Shown piece by piece: positions 1 through 10,382 of a stretch of 64,000 bases of DNA. Position 1 is the first letter of the stretch; the number at the start of each line of letters is the position of its first letter. The DNA lies in assembly GCA_964448935.1 (NCBI GenBank), contig CAYVBE010000001.1, positions 9,422 to 73,421 on the forward strand, in the 5' to 3' direction. The notes below the pieces were generated by a model. That model worked only from the letters and a program-made list of their open reading frames with translations. It was not told the origin of the DNA and did no database searches. This stretch comes from an uncultured candidatus Brocadiaceae bacterium (lineage in GTDB: Bacteria > Planctomycetota > Brocadiia > SM23-32). Both the position numbers and the translations under genes were made by a program.

Positions 1-1
1 C

Positions 2-2041
2 GCGGTGGCCGATAAGATGTTCGAGCAACTGGCCAACGACGAACGCTCCGGCCGGCCCTACCTGAACCCCGTTTACCTGATGATGGAGTCCGGGGCCAGG
101 GGCAAGTCCCAGCAGATCAGCCAGCTTGCCGGGATGCGCGGCCTGATGGCCAAGCCCAGCGGCGAAATCATCGAGCGGCCCATCAAAGCCAACTTCCGCG
201 AGGGGCTCAACGTGCTGGAATACTTCAGCTCCACGCACGGCGCCCGCAAAGGCTCCGCCGACACGGCGCTCAAGACCGCCGAAAGCGGATACCTGACCCG
301 CCGGCTGGCGGACGTGGCGCAGAACGTGGTCATCACCGAGCATGACTGCGGCACCGCCAACGGCATCACCAAGGGGCCCGTCCTGCGCGGCGACCGCATC
401 GCGGTCCCCCTCCGGGACATCATCACCGGCCGCGTGGCGCGGGACAACATCGTGGACCTGGTCAATGACGAGATGATAGTGGAAGAGAACCAGGTCATCA
501 CCGAAGAGATCGCCCGGCGGCTGGAGGAACTGGATGAGCGCATGAAGATACGCGTGCGCTCGCCGCTGACCTGCGAGTCGCGCAGAGGCGCCTGCTCCAT
601 GTGCTATGGCATGGACCTGTCCACTAAGACCCTGGCCGAACCGGGGCTGACGGTCGGCATCATCGCCGCCCAGTCCATCGGCGAGCCGGGCACGCAGCTT
701 ACCATGCGGACCTTCCACATCGGCGGCGTGGCCATAGGCGGCGCCGAAGAGAGCGAGGTGACGTGCAAGCGCGGCGGAACCGTGAGTTTCGAAGACCTGG
801 AAGTGGTCGCCGACCCGGAGGGCCGCGACGTGGCGATCAGTCGCCGCGGCGAGCTGGCCATCCTGGATGAGAAGGGCCGGTCGTTGGAACGGCACAACAT
901 CCCCCTCGGTGCCGAAGTGCTGGTCAAGGAAGGGGAGGAGATCGAGAAGAACAGCACTCTGGCCACCTGGGACACCCACTTCACCCCCATTCTGGCCGAG
1001 GTGGGCGGGACGGTGCGTTACGAGGAGATTGTGACCGGCAAGACGCTGCGGATCGAGCGCGACGAGGCTCACGGCACCAGCCGGAAGGTGATCATGGAGC
1101 ACAAGGGCGACATGCACCCGCAGATTCTCATCGAGGGTCCCGACGGGGGCATCCGCAGCCTGCACCCCCTGCCGGAGAAGGCCATCGTCGAGGTGGATGA
1201 CGGCCAGGAGATCACAGCCGGCACCCGGCTGGCCAGAACGCTCCGCGAGGTGCGCCAGACGCAGGACATCACCGGCGGCCTGCCGCGCGTCACGCAGTTG
1301 TTCGAGGCGCGCACGCCGAAATCGCCCGCCGTCATGAGCGAGATTGACGGCGTCATCACCGACATCGAGCGCAAGCGCGGCCGGACCATGATCAAGGTCC
1401 AGGACCCCGAGTCCGAAATCGAGTCCGAGCACAGCGTGCCGGCCGGAAAGCACCTGCGTGTTCACCGGGGCGACCACGTTACCGCCGGCCAGCCGCTGGT
1501 GGACGGACCACTGGTGCTGGACGAACTGCTGGAGATCTGCGGTGAGGAGGCCCTGCACGAGTACATGCTGCAGGAGATCCAAAACGTCTACCGCACGCAG
1601 GACGCAACCATTGATGACAAGCACTTCGAGGTGCTCATCGCCCAGATGACCCGCCGGGTGCGCGTCACCAGGTCGGGCGACACCTCCTTCCTGCCGCAGC
1701 AGTTGGTGGACAGGTTCGAGTTCCGGGACGTCAACGAAGAGGTGATGCAGGAGGGCGGCGACCCGGCCCAGTCGGAGCCCGTCATCCTGGGCATCACCAA
1801 GGCGGCGCTCAACAGCGAAAGTTTCATCAGCGCCGCATCGTTCCAGAACACCACCCGCGTGCTCACGCGCGCCGCGCTGGGGGGCGCCGTGGACCCGCTG
1901 GAAGGGCTGAAGGAAAACGTGATCCTGGGTCACCTGATACCCTCGGGCACGGGCTTCCCGGCCCTGAGGGGCGGCAAGGCGCAGAGGACGGAGCTGGGCA
2001 AGCCCTCCCGTGGGCTTGAAGAGCCGGCCGAAACGGGCTAA
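2..2041 (+). CDS. rpoC: DNA-directed RNA polymerase beta' subunit, C-terminal portion (5' end lies upstream of window)
   Basis: Translation carries conserved beta' C-terminal segments ([40 protein letters not shown], trigger-loop/jaw region). The frame is open to the window edge. It is followed by rpsL-rpsG-fusA, the classic str operon neighbourhood. Confidence 0.95.
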   Translation, partial: AVADKMFEQLANDERSGRPYLNPVYLMMESGARGKSQQISQLAGMRGLMAKPSGEIIERPIKANFREGLNVLEYFSSTHGARKGSADTALKTAESGYLTRRLADVAQNVVITEHDCGTANGITKGPVLRGDRIAVPLRDIITGRVARDNIVDLVNDEMIVEENQVITEEIARRLEELDERMKIRVRSPLTCESRRGACSMCYGMDLSTKTLAEPGLTVGIIAAQSIGEPGTQLTMRTFHIGGVAIGGAEESEVTCKRGGTVSFEDLEVVADPEGRDVAISRRGELAILDEKGRSLERHNIPLGAEVLVKEGEEIEKNSTLATWDTHFTPILAEVGGTVRYEEIVTGKTLRIERDEAHGTSRKVIMEHKGDMHPQILIEGPDGGIRSLHPLPEKAIVEVDDGQEITAGTRLARTLREVRQTQDITGGLPRVTQLFEARTPKSPAVMSEIDGVITDIERKRGRTMIKVQDPESEIESEHSVPAGKHLRVHRGDHVTAGQPLVDGPLVLDELLEICGEEALHEYMLQEIQNVYRTQDATIDDKHFEVLIAQMTRRVRVTRSGDTSFLPQQLVDRFEFRDVNEEVMQEGGDPAQSEPVILGITKAALNSESFISAASFQNTTRVLTRAALGGAVDPLEGLKENVILGHLIPSGTGFPALRGGKAQRTELGKPSRGLEEPAETG

Positions 2042-2100
2042 AATGAAACTCCGACGGTTCACCTGAAATCCCTTTGTTGAGTGACGAGAGGGCCGCGTAT

Positions 2101-2472
2101 ATGCCTACGATCAACCAGTTGGTCCGCAAGGGCCGCAGCAGAAAGAGAAAAAAGCAGAAGCGGCCCGCCCTGGGCGGCTGTCCCCAGAAAAGGGGGGTCT
2201 GCCTGTATGTGACCACGCGGACGCCCAAAAAGCCGAACTCCGCGCTGCGGAAAGTGGCGCGCGTGCGGCTGAGCAACGGCCGCGAGATTACCGCCTACAT
2301 CCCCGGCGAAGGTCACAACCTGCAGGAGCATAACATCGTGCTCGTGCGCGGCGGGCGTGTGCGGGACCTGCCCGGCGTGCGCTACCACATCGTGCGCGGC
2401 ACGCTGGACACCATGGGTGTGCCGGACCGCCGACGCAGCCGTTCGCACTACGGCACCAAGAAACCCTCGTGA
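2101..2472 (+). CDS. rpsL: 30S ribosomal protein S12
   Basis: [12 protein letters not shown]...[58 protein letters not shown] is the canonical S12 sequence. ATG at 2101 is chosen over the upstream in-frame 2074 start. Confidence 0.95.
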   Translation: MPTINQLVRKGRSRKRKKQKRPALGGCPQKRGVCLYVTTRTPKKPNSALRKVARVRLSNGREITAYIPGEGHNLQEHNIVLVRGGRVRDLPGVRYHIVRGTLDTMGVPDRRRSRSHYGTKKPS

Positions 2473-2502
2473 GAGCGGCCTTAGCGGAGAGACTGACAGA
2501 CG

Positions 2503-2979
2503 ATGATTACCGACTACGACTTCCCGGACCCCTACCTGAAGCCGGACCCCCGGTTCAAAAACAAACTGGTCAGTAAGTTTATCAACTACCTGATGAAGCG
2601 GGGGAAGAAGAGCACGGCCCAGAGGATCTTCTACGATGCCATGGACCTGGTGGCGGACCGCCTGGACGTGGAGCCGCTGGAGGCGTTCCAGACGGCGCTG
2701 TCCAACGTGGCGCCCATCATCGAGGTCCGCTCGCGCCGCATCGGCGGTATGACCTATCAGGTGCCCACCGAGGTGAGCGACAAACGCCGCATCAACCTGG
2801 CCATGCGCTGGATGGTGGGGGCCGCCCGCGACAAGAAGGGCCGGCCGATGCACCTGCGGCTTGCCGACGAGATAATGGACGCCTATCACCGCCAGGGCAC
2901 CGCCTACGAGCGCCGGGAGAACACGCACAAGATGGCCGAGGCCAACCGGGCCTTCGCCCACTTCTCCAGACGGCGCTGA
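2503..2979 (+). CDS. rpsG: 30S ribosomal protein S7
   Basis: KFINYLMKRGKKSTAQRIFYDAMDLV...EVRSRRIGGMTYQVPTEV are classic S7 motifs. It sits directly downstream of rpsL. Confidence 0.95.
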   Translation: MITDYDFPDPYLKPDPRFKNKLVSKFINYLMKRGKKSTAQRIFYDAMDLVADRLDVEPLEAFQTALSNVAPIIEVRSRRIGGMTYQVPTEVSDKRRINLAMRWMVGAARDKKGRPMHLRLADEIMDAYHRQGTAYERRENTHKMAEANRAFAHFSRRR

Positions 2980-3085
2980 CCGACCGGCCGAGCACGCGGT
3001 GTTCCGATGCACCATAAGGGGTGCGGGAAATTGCCCGCGCCCCTGACTTTTAGAGAGCCCCGTTGCTGCTGGAGCGTGCATCTGC

Positions 3086-5167
3086 ATGAGCACGGACCTG
3101 ACCCACCTGCGAAACATCGGCATTGCCGCCCATATTGATGCCGGCAAGACCACCGTCACCGAGCGCGTCCTCTACTACAGCGGCCGCCTGCACCGCATGG
3201 GCAGCGTGGACGAGGGCACCGCCACCATGGACTGGAAGCCCCAGGAGCAGGAGCGGGGCATTACCATCGTCTCGGCCGCCACCTCCTGTTTTTGGAAGCT
3301 TCCCCGCACCGGCAACGACTCCCAGCGGGAGCAGCAGTTCCAGGTTAACATCATTGACACGCCGGGGCACGTGGACTTCACCGTGGAGGTCGAGCGCTGC
3401 CTGCGCGTGCTGGACGGTGTGGTGGTGGTCTTCTGCGGCGTGGCCGGCGTGCAGGCGCAGAGCGAGACCGTCTGGCACCAGGCCGAGCGATACGGCGTCC
3501 CGCGCATCGTGTTCGTCAACAAAATGGACCGCGTCGGCAGCGATTTTCCGCGCGTGGTGGAGGACATTCGCGAGCGGCTGGGGGCCAACGCCGTGCCCGT
3601 CCAACTGCCCCTGCGCCGGGACGGCGAATTCGTGGGCGCCATTGACCTGATCCAGCGCGAGGCCGTCTTCTACGAGGAAGAATCTCTCGGCGCGCGCTAT
3701 GAGGTCGCGCCTATCCCCGAAGAGCGTATGGACGAGGTCGAGTACCGGCGGGAAAGTCTGGTGGAGGCCGTCTGCGAGGAGGTCGAGTGGATGGCGGACA
3801 AGTTCCTGGCCGAGGAAGCGATCACCGTGGATGACATCCACCGGGGCCTGCGCCAGGCGTGCGTGGCCGGCGACCTGCACCCCGTCCTCTGCGGCGCCGC
3901 ACTGCGCAACCGCGGCATACAACAACTGCTGGACGCGGTCTGCCGCTACCTGCCCTCGCCCGGCGACATGCCGCCCGTGCGGGGCGCCAACCCCCGCAAC
4001 GGGGATGAGGTGGAACGCCACGCCGACCCCGAGGAGCCCCTCAGCGCCATCGCCTTCAAAATCCAGGCCGACCGCCACGGGGACCTCTTCTACACCCGCG
4101 TTTACAGCGGCGTGCTGGAGGACCGCTCGCGGGTCTACAACGCCAACCAGGACCGCATGGAGAACGTCACGCGCATCTACCGGATGCACGCCAACTCGCG
4201 CCAACAGCTCGATCAGGCGGGCCCGGGTGCCATTGTTGCGCTGGTGGGCCTGCGGGAGACCGTCACCGGCGACACCCTCTGCGACCGCAGCGATCCGATT
4301 GTCTGCGAGCGGATGGAGTTCCCCGAGACCGTCATCTCCATGGCCATCGAGCCCAGGACACAGGCCGACCGCAAAAAGCTGGACCAGGCCCTGGAGGAGC
4401 TTGCCCGCGAGGACCCAACCTTCCACCAGGGTGTGGACTCACAGACCGGCCAGTTGCTCATCAGCGGCATGGGTGAGCTACACCTGGACATCATCCGGGA
4501 CCGCCTGCTGCGGGAGTTCAACGTCGAGGCGCGCATCGGCGAGCCCCGCGTCTCCTACCGCGAGAGCCTGAAGGAAGCCGTGACCGTGGGGGAGACCTTC
4601 CAGAAGGAGATGGAGGGCAACGCGCAGTTTGCGCGCGTTGAGATACACTTCGAGCCGAACCGCGGCCAGGGGCTGGTCTTCCGCAACGAGGTGCCCAAGG
4701 AGCAACTGCCCCTGCCGATGGCCCACGCCGTGGAGGAGACTCTGACCACCGCGCCGTCGGGGCCGCTCTACGGTTTTCCGTTGATTGACGTTACCGCGAC
4801 GCTTCTGCGCGCCGAGGTCCGCCCCGGTGAGTCCACCGAACTTGCGTTCGAGGCAGCGGCCGCCGGCGCGCTGCGTGAGGCACTGGAGGAGGGCGGCTGC
4901 GAGCTGTACGAGCCGTACATGCGTCTGGAAATCGTCACCGGCGAGGAGAACCTGGGCGACGTCATCAGCTACGTCACCAGTTGCCGGGGCGCCATTCTGG
5001 AGATGCACCCCCGCGATAACCTGCGGGTGATCCGCGCCGAGGCGCCCCTGTCCGAGCTGTTCGGTTTCGCCACGCAACTGCGTTCCCTCACCCAGGGACG
5101 CGGCACTCACACCATGGAACCGTGGGAATATCGCCCCGTGCCCGAAGATATGGTTGACTTTACGTGA
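3086..5167 (+). CDS. fusA: translation elongation factor G
   Basis: N-terminal G domain [22 protein letters not shown]...[13 protein letters not shown], 693 aa full-length EF-G architecture. Confidence 0.95.
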   Translation: MSTDLTHLRNIGIAAHIDAGKTTVTERVLYYSGRLHRMGSVDEGTATMDWKPQEQERGITIVSAATSCFWKLPRTGNDSQREQQFQVNIIDTPGHVDFTVEVERCLRVLDGVVVVFCGVAGVQAQSETVWHQAERYGVPRIVFVNKMDRVGSDFPRVVEDIRERLGANAVPVQLPLRRDGEFVGAIDLIQREAVFYEEESLGARYEVAPIPEERMDEVEYRRESLVEAVCEEVEWMADKFLAEEAITVDDIHRGLRQACVAGDLHPVLCGAALRNRGIQQLLDAVCRYLPSPGDMPPVRGANPRNGDEVERHADPEEPLSAIAFKIQADRHGDLFYTRVYSGVLEDRSRVYNANQDRMENVTRIYRMHANSRQQLDQAGPGAIVALVGLRETVTGDTLCDRSDPIVCERMEFPETVISMAIEPRTQADRKKLDQALEELAREDPTFHQGVDSQTGQLLISGMGELHLDIIRDRLLREFNVEARIGEPRVSYRESLKEAVTVGETFQKEMEGNAQFARVEIHFEPNRGQGLVFRNEVPKEQLPLPMAHAVEETLTTAPSGPLYGFPLIDVTATLLRAEVRPGESTELAFEAAAAGALREALEEGGCELYEPYMRLEIVTGEENLGDVISYVTSCRGAILEMHPRDNLRVIRAEAPLSELFGFATQLRSLTQGRGTHTMEPWEYRPVPEDMVDFT

Positions 5168-5231
5168 CGGGCCGCTATGCTTGTCACGTTTGGCACGGAA
5201 GGCTTAGACACCCATTCGGAAGGCGATTTCG

Positions 5232-7085
5232 ATGAAACGAGAAACCCACCGTGTGACCTTCGAGCCCGAAGGCCGCAGCGTCTTTGTCCTGGACGGAACC
5301 AAACTTGTGGAAGCGGCCGGGCGGGCCGGCGTCATCCTGAACCAGCCCTGCGGCGGCGAGGGCACCTGCGGCAAGTGCCGCGTGGAGGTCCTCGAACACG
5401 CTCCCCCGCCCACCGAAGCCGACCGCCGGCACCTTTCGGACCAGCAACTTGAATCCGGATGGCGGCTCGCCTGCCAGCTCTCCGTCCAGGGCGACATTGT
5501 GGTCTCCGTGCCCCAGGAAACGCGCTTCTTCGAGCAGCTTGTGCTTACCGAGGGGGAGGGGTGCAAATACCCCTTCGAGCCCTACGTGCGCAAAGTCTTC
5601 ACCGAGGTGCCGGCTGCCACCGTCGAGGACCAGCGCAGTGACCTGGACCGCGTGAAGGACGCCGTGGGCGACGGCGCCCTGAAGGCCGATCTGGCCCTCA
5701 TCCGCGCGCTGCCGGGCATTCTGCGGGAGTCCACCGATGGCGTAACAATCGTGCTGGAAGGGCAGGAAATCCAGCACGTCGAAAGCGGCAACACCGTGCA
5801 GGACATGTGGGGCGTGGCTTTCGACATCGGGACCACCACCATCGTGGGCTCGCTGATGAACCTGGCCGGGCCCCCGGGTTCGTCCTCCCACGCCGTAGCA
5901 GCGCGGACCAATCCGCAGCTCCACTTCGGCGACGACGTGGTCAGCCGAATCAGCTACGTGGAGAAGAACCGCGATGGCCTGGACAAGCTGCGCAAGCGCC
6001 TGCTGGCCTGCCTGAACGAGATCATCATCGAACTGTGCGAGGCGGTGGACACCGATCCGGAGTTCATCTACGAGGTCACCGCCGTCGGCAACACCACCAT
6101 GAGCCACATCTTTCTGGGGATTGACCCCTCGCCGATAGCGCACGCCCCCTACGTTGCCGTGGTGCGGGAGGCGGTGGACGTCAAGGCGCGGGAGGTGGGC
6201 CTGGACGTGAACCGCAATGCCAACCTCCACATGCTGCCCAACATCGCCGGTTTCGTGGGCAGCGACACCGTCGCGCTCATACTTGCTTCCGGCATGGCCA
6301 AGGAGGACGGCGTGCGGCTGGCCATTGACATCGGCACGAACGGCGAGGTGGTGCTGGGCAACCGGGACAGGCTGCTGGCCTGTTCCTGCGCGGCGGGGCC
6401 GGCCTTCGAGGGGGCGCGGATACGCTACGGCATGCGCGCCACGGAGGGCGCCATAAGCAAGGTCATCATCAACGACGAGATCGAGGTGGCCGTCATCGGC
6501 GGCGGCCGGGCCACGGGCATCTGCGGCAGCGGGTTGATTGACGCCGTCGCAGCGCTGCTGGACGCCGGGGTGATAGACGAGACGGGTCGGATTCTGAACC
6601 CGGAGGAGGCGTCGTCCGATCAGCCGGAGGCTCTGCGCGAGTCGCTCACCTCCTTCGAGGACCAGCCGGCGGTGATCCTGGTGTCCGCGCGGGAGAGCAA
6701 GACGGGCGAGCCCGTGCTGCTGACGCAGCGTGACGTGCGGGAGGTCCAACTGGCCAAGGCGGCCGTTCAGGCGGGCATACAGGTGCTGCTGGACGAGTTC
6801 GGTATACAGGCGGGGGATATCGCGCAGGTGCTGCTGGCGGGGGGATTCGGCAACTTCATCCGGCGCTCCAACGCCAAGCGCATCGGCCTGCTGCCGCAGG
6901 TCAGCAACGATCACATCGAGTTCCTGGGCAATGCGGCGTCCACCGGCTCCAAGACGGCGCTGGTCTGTGCGTCATGCCGGGAGGAGGCGGAGCGGCTGAG
7001 CCGTTCCACCGAGTACGTGGAACTGGCCACGCGGACGGACTTCCAGCTCTATTTCAGTGAAGGGATGATCTTCGGGGCAGGATAG
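5232..7085 (+). CDS. [2Fe-2S] ferredoxin-domain / ASKHA-fold ATPase (COG3894, RACo-like corrinoid-activation family)
   Basis: N-terminus has a plant-type ferredoxin Cys cluster (CGGEGTCGKCRV...C). It is followed by actin-like ATPase phosphate-binding motifs (AFDIGTTTIVG and AIDIGTNGEVVLG...SCAAGPAFEG) typical of the reductive activator of corrinoid proteins. Confidence 0.75.
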   Translation: MKRETHRVTFEPEGRSVFVLDGTKLVEAAGRAGVILNQPCGGEGTCGKCRVEVLEHAPPPTEADRRHLSDQQLESGWRLACQLSVQGDIVVSVPQETRFFEQLVLTEGEGCKYPFEPYVRKVFTEVPAATVEDQRSDLDRVKDAVGDGALKADLALIRALPGILRESTDGVTIVLEGQEIQHVESGNTVQDMWGVAFDIGTTTIVGSLMNLAGPPGSSSHAVAARTNPQLHFGDDVVSRISYVEKNRDGLDKLRKRLLACLNEIIIELCEAVDTDPEFIYEVTAVGNTTMSHIFLGIDPSPIAHAPYVAVVREAVDVKAREVGLDVNRNANLHMLPNIAGFVGSDTVALILASGMAKEDGVRLAIDIGTNGEVVLGNRDRLLACSCAAGPAFEGARIRYGMRATEGAISKVIINDEIEVAVIGGGRATGICGSGLIDAVAALLDAGVIDETGRILNPEEASSDQPEALRESLTSFEDQPAVILVSARESKTGEPVLLTQRDVREVQLAKAAVQAGIQVLLDEFGIQAGDIAQVLLAGGFGNFIRRSNAKRIGLLPQVSNDHIEFLGNAASTGSKTALVCASCREEAERLSRSTEYVELATRTDFQLYFSEGMIFGAG

Positions 7086-7095
7086 CTTCGTGTCA

Positions 7096-7127
7096 TTGCC
7101 AGCCCGCGCCGTTCGCGGGGGCGGCAA
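7096..7127. terminator. GC-rich hairpin between convergent RACo-like gene and frr (candidate bidirectional terminator)
   Basis: ttgcc-a-gcccgcg-ccgtt-cgcggggg-c-ggcaa forms a nested inverted repeat in the 70-bp gap between two convergent stop codons. There is no U-tract, which is common in high-GC genomes. Confidence 0.4.
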
Positions 7128-7158
7128 TCCGGCCGTCGGCATGCGTGCGGACGCCGGG

Positions 7159-7719
7159 TCAGACCTTCATGATATCTTCCGTCTTCTTCTCGAGCGTCTC
7201 GTCAATCTCGTCTTCGTACTGATCGGTCAGATCCTGGACCTGCTCTTTGGCGCGGCGGCAGATGTCTTCGCTGACGCCGGCCTGTTTCTCCTCCTGGTCT
7301 ACCTGGCGGTTGGCGTCCCGGCGGACGTTACGCACGGCGATGCGCGCCTCTTCGGCCAGGGTTCGGACGCGGTTGGCCATCTTCTCACGCCTTTCCTGGC
7401 TAAGGGGCGGCACGGCCAGGCGGATCACCTTGCCGTCGTTCTGCGGGTGGATGCCCACGTCGCTGGTCTGTATGGCCTTCTCGATCTCGCCCAGGGAGTT
7501 CGGATCGTAGGGCTTGATGACGATCAACTGCGGGTCGGGCACGGCGATCTGGGCTATCTGCTTCAGCGGCGTGGGGGAGCCGTAGTAATCCACGCGGATG
7601 CTGTCCACCAGCCCGGCGCTGGCCGTTCCCGTGCGGATGCCCCGCAGGTTGTCCCGTAAGACTTCCACGGCTTTCTCCATCCGCATCTCTGCGTCCAGCA
7701 GGATTTCATCAATCGGCAT
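7159..7719 (-). CDS. frr: ribosome recycling factor
   Basis: MPIDEILLDAEMRMEKAVEVLRDNLRGIRTGTASAGLVDSIRVDYYG...QLIVIKPYD is canonical RRF, 186 aa. Confidence 0.95.
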   Translation of the reverse strand: MPIDEILLDAEMRMEKAVEVLRDNLRGIRTGTASAGLVDSIRVDYYGSPTPLKQIAQIAVPDPQLIVIKPYDPNSLGEIEKAIQTSDVGIHPQNDGKVIRLAVPPLSQERREKMANRVRTLAEEARIAVRNVRRDANRQVDQEEKQAGVSEDICRRAKEQVQDLTDQYEDEIDETLEKKTEDIMKV

Positions 7720-8440
7720 CTTCCGAGCTCCGTATGAGAGTTCCCACGTTCTCGCCGGCGGCTGCGCGCCGGATATTGGCCCCTCGGGCGAAGTTGAACA
7801 CCCGCACCGGCAGGTCGTGCTGCATGCACAGGGATATCGCCGCGAGGTCCATCACCCCAAGCCTGTGCTCCAGTATCCGGCGGTAGGATATCTGGTCGAA
7901 CAGTTGCGCCCCCGCGTCCTCCTCGGGATCGGCGGAATAGACGCCGTCCACCCGTGTGGCCTTCAGCAGCAGGTCCGCGCCAATCTCCACGGCGCGCAGG
8001 GCGGCTGCGGTGTCGGTGGTCAGCAGGGGGTTACCCGTGCCGCCGGCCAGCAGGACGATGTTCCCCTCCTGCAGGTCGGCCATGCAGCGGTCGGGCTCGA
8101 AGGCTGTGGCCATGCGGGGTATGGCGAAGGCACTGTAGTGCGTGGCCGGCACGCCGCGGGCCTGCAGCACGTCGCGCAGCAGCAGGGCGTTCACCACGGT
8201 GGCCAGCATTCCGGCGTAGTCGGCCAGTATTCGGCCGCGGCCCTCGGGGCAGAAGGTGGCGCCCCGGATGACGTTGCCCCCGCCCAGGACGACAGCGAGT
8301 TGGGGCCCCGAGCCGTGAACCGCCGCCAGCTCTTCACCGAGGAACTGGAGCGCTTCCTTCTGGAAGGGCGCCGGCCCCTCGCCGGAGAGCGCGTTACCGC
8401 TCAGCTTCAGCAGCACGCGTTGTGGCGCAGGCTCCTCCAT
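7709..8440 (-). CDS. pyrH: uridylate (UMP) kinase
   Basis: RVLLKLSGNALSGEG...LAVVLGGGNVIRG...LLAGGTGNPLLTTDTAAALRAVEIGADLLLKATRVDGVYSADP is the UMP-kinase signature. The start is trimmed to the ATG at 8440 (MEEPAP...), because the longer ORF to 8659 would overlap tsf. Confidence 0.9.
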   Translation of the reverse strand: MEEPAPQRVLLKLSGNALSGEGPAPFQKEALQFLGEELAAVHGSGPQLAVVLGGGNVIRGATFCPEGRGRILADYAGMLATVVNALLLRDVLQARGVPATHYSAFAIPRMATAFEPDRCMADLQEGNIVLLAGGTGNPLLTTDTAAALRAVEIGADLLLKATRVDGVYSADPEEDAGAQLFDQISYRRILEHRLGVMDLAAISLCMQHDLPVRVFNFARGANIRRAAAGENVGTLIRSSEDAD

Positions 8441-8454
8441 CGGTCTCCCTCCCG

Positions 8455-9051
8455 CTACTCTTCGCCCATCTCCATGCGGACGAAGCGGACGATCTCGATG
8501 TTCTCCCCGAGTGTGGCAATCTGCTGCTTTACGTGTTCGGCAACGGTCAGGGAGTCGTCGCCGATGTACTCCTGTTCCAGCAGGCAGCACTGGCTGTAGA
8601 ACTTGCGCAGCTTGCCCTCGACGATTTTCTCCTGGATGTGCTCGGGCTTGTCGGCGCACTGCTGCCGGTATATCTCGCGTTCGGCCTTGACGATATCCTC
8701 GGGCAGCTCCTCGGGCCGGACCGCCTGCGGCTTCATGGCGGCTACCTGCATGGCTATCTGGCGGCCAAGCTCCTGGAATTCATCGCTTCGGGCCACGAAG
8801 TCGGTCTCGCACGCCAGCTCCACCAGGACGCCCAGGCGGTTGTTGTGGTGCACGTAGGCGAAGACGGCGCCTTCGGCGGTCTCGCGCCCGCGTTTCTCCT
8901 GCGCCATGGCCAGGCCCTTCTCGCGCAGCAGCGTGAGCGCCTTGTCCATGTTGCCTTCGGCCTCGACCAGTGCTCTTTTGCAGTCCATCAGTCCGGCGGA
9001 CGTCTGATCGCGCAACTCCTTCACCTGTTGAGCGCCGATCTCCATGTGCAT
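8455..9051 (-). CDS. tsf: translation elongation factor Ts (short form)
   Basis: [44 protein letters not shown]...[30 protein letters not shown], 198 aa. Confidence 0.93.
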   Translation of the reverse strand: [198 protein letters not shown]

Positions 9052-9118
9052 CTGTCTCCTGCGGTGTTGTTGTCCGGTTTATATTCGGTGGGTCCGTTCC
9101 GGACAGGGCGGCGGGGGC

Positions 9119-9982
9119 TCAGGCTTCCGTCGCCTGCCCGGTGGATGACTCGACTGCATCTTCCTGCTTTTCCGCTTCGTCGGCCGGTGCCTCTTCAGCG
9201 TGCTCGGAGGCTGTCTCTTCGTCGGCCGGCGCTTCCTCTGCCTCGGCCTCTTCGGCGGGTTGTGCCTCTTCCTCCGGTGCCTGCCGGGGGCCCCGCCCGC
9301 TTCTCTGCAGCCCGGCGTTCACGGCGTCGGCCATGGTCTGGAGAAATATCTCGATGGCGGCAATGGAATCGTCGTTCCCCGGCACAACCACGTCAATGTC
9401 GGCCGGGTCGGCGTTGGTGTCGGCCAGGGCCACGATCGGGATATCGAGCTTGACGGCCTCGCGGACGGCGATATGCTCGCGCGCGGGGTCCACCATGACA
9501 ATCAGGCCGGGCAGCCTGTCCATCTCGCGCACGCCGCCCAGGTTGCGCAGAATCTTGCGTTTCTCGCGGCGCAGCGCGGAGACCATTTTCTTGCTGTACA
9601 TGCCCATCTGTCCGGTGCGCTCCAGGTCTTCGAGCTCTTCCAGCCGGTCCAGCCGGTCTCGGATGGTGACGTAGTTGGTCAGCAGTCCGCCGGGCCACCT
9701 GTCGGCAACGTAAGGCATGCCACAGCGTTCCGCCTCGCGCCTGACCAGGGGGGCGGCCTGTTTTTTGGTGCCGGCGAACAGGATGTATTTCCCGCGCCCG
9801 GCGATGGCCCGGGTCAGCCTCTGCCCCACGATGAGGCCGCGCAGCGTCTCGCGCAGGTCAATGATGTGGATCAGGTTGCGGCGCTTGAAGATGTACGGCT
9901 TCATGGCCGGGTTCCAGCGGCTCGTTCGATGGCCGAAGTGGAAGCCCGCTTTGATCAGTTCTCTGATGTTGATTCTGTCCAA
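9119..9982 (-). CDS. rpsB: 30S ribosomal protein S2 with Ala/Glu-rich acidic C-terminal extension
   Basis: IRELIKAGFHFGHRTSRWNPAMKPYIFKRRNLIHIIDL...LVMVDPAREHIAVREAVKLDIPIVALADTNADP is S2. The likely start is the TTG at 9982 (GGGAGAAGAGC-TTG, giving MDRINIRELIKAG). The six-frame ORF runs on to 10186 but has no S2 homology there. The C-terminal roughly 90 aa are EEAxA/EEAPADE low-complexity. Confidence 0.88.
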   Translation of the reverse strand: MDRINIRELIKAGFHFGHRTSRWNPAMKPYIFKRRNLIHIIDLRETLRGLIVGQRLTRAIAGRGKYILFAGTKKQAAPLVRREAERCGMPYVADRWPGGLLTNYVTIRDRLDRLEELEDLERTGQMGMYSKKMVSALRREKRKILRNLGGVREMDRLPGLIVMVDPAREHIAVREAVKLDIPIVALADTNADPADIDVVVPGNDDSIAAIEIFLQTMADAVNAGLQRSGRGPRQAPEEEAQPAEEAEAEEAPADEETASEHAEEAPADEAEKQEDAVESSTGQATEA

Positions 9983-10382
9983 GCTCTTCTCCCAAAGTGC
10001 ATATGCCGTTGTGCAAGTGAAGCCGGCCCTCCACCCCGCAGCACCGCGCCGGCATATTGTTGTACGCGTAATGCCCCGTGGCGTGGAACAGGCCGAGGTA
10101 CGCAAGGAAAGCTCACACCCGAAAGGTCCAACACCGGCAATATACCCAATTGCAGTCCCTCTGTCAAGCAAACCGGCCGGCGACATCCCCGTGTCCCTCC
10201 GGTATTTGCCACCGAGCCGGGCCCCCGATTCGGTCTATATGTGTTGGGTGGCTTGCAGCGCCGTCGGGACGCTGCTATGATGGCGTGTGCTGTTTGGCAA
10301 GATGCGGGAAGGTGCGCGCAGGAGCGGCGTGCAGGAAGTGTCCCACACCTGGATGGTTTGCACGTGTTTCCGGAGGTGTCCG

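Noticed and set aside
2059-5110. Series of long minus-strand ORFs (366, 458, 210 aa) overlapping rpsL/rpsG/fusA
   Set aside because: They overlap universally conserved translation genes and are antisense artefacts.
5168-5231. Absence of tuf after fusA as a possible misassembly
   Set aside because: The junction is continuous sequence with a normal 64-bp spacer and a start codon. tuf is frequently located elsewhere (the nusG/secE cluster) in PVC genomes.
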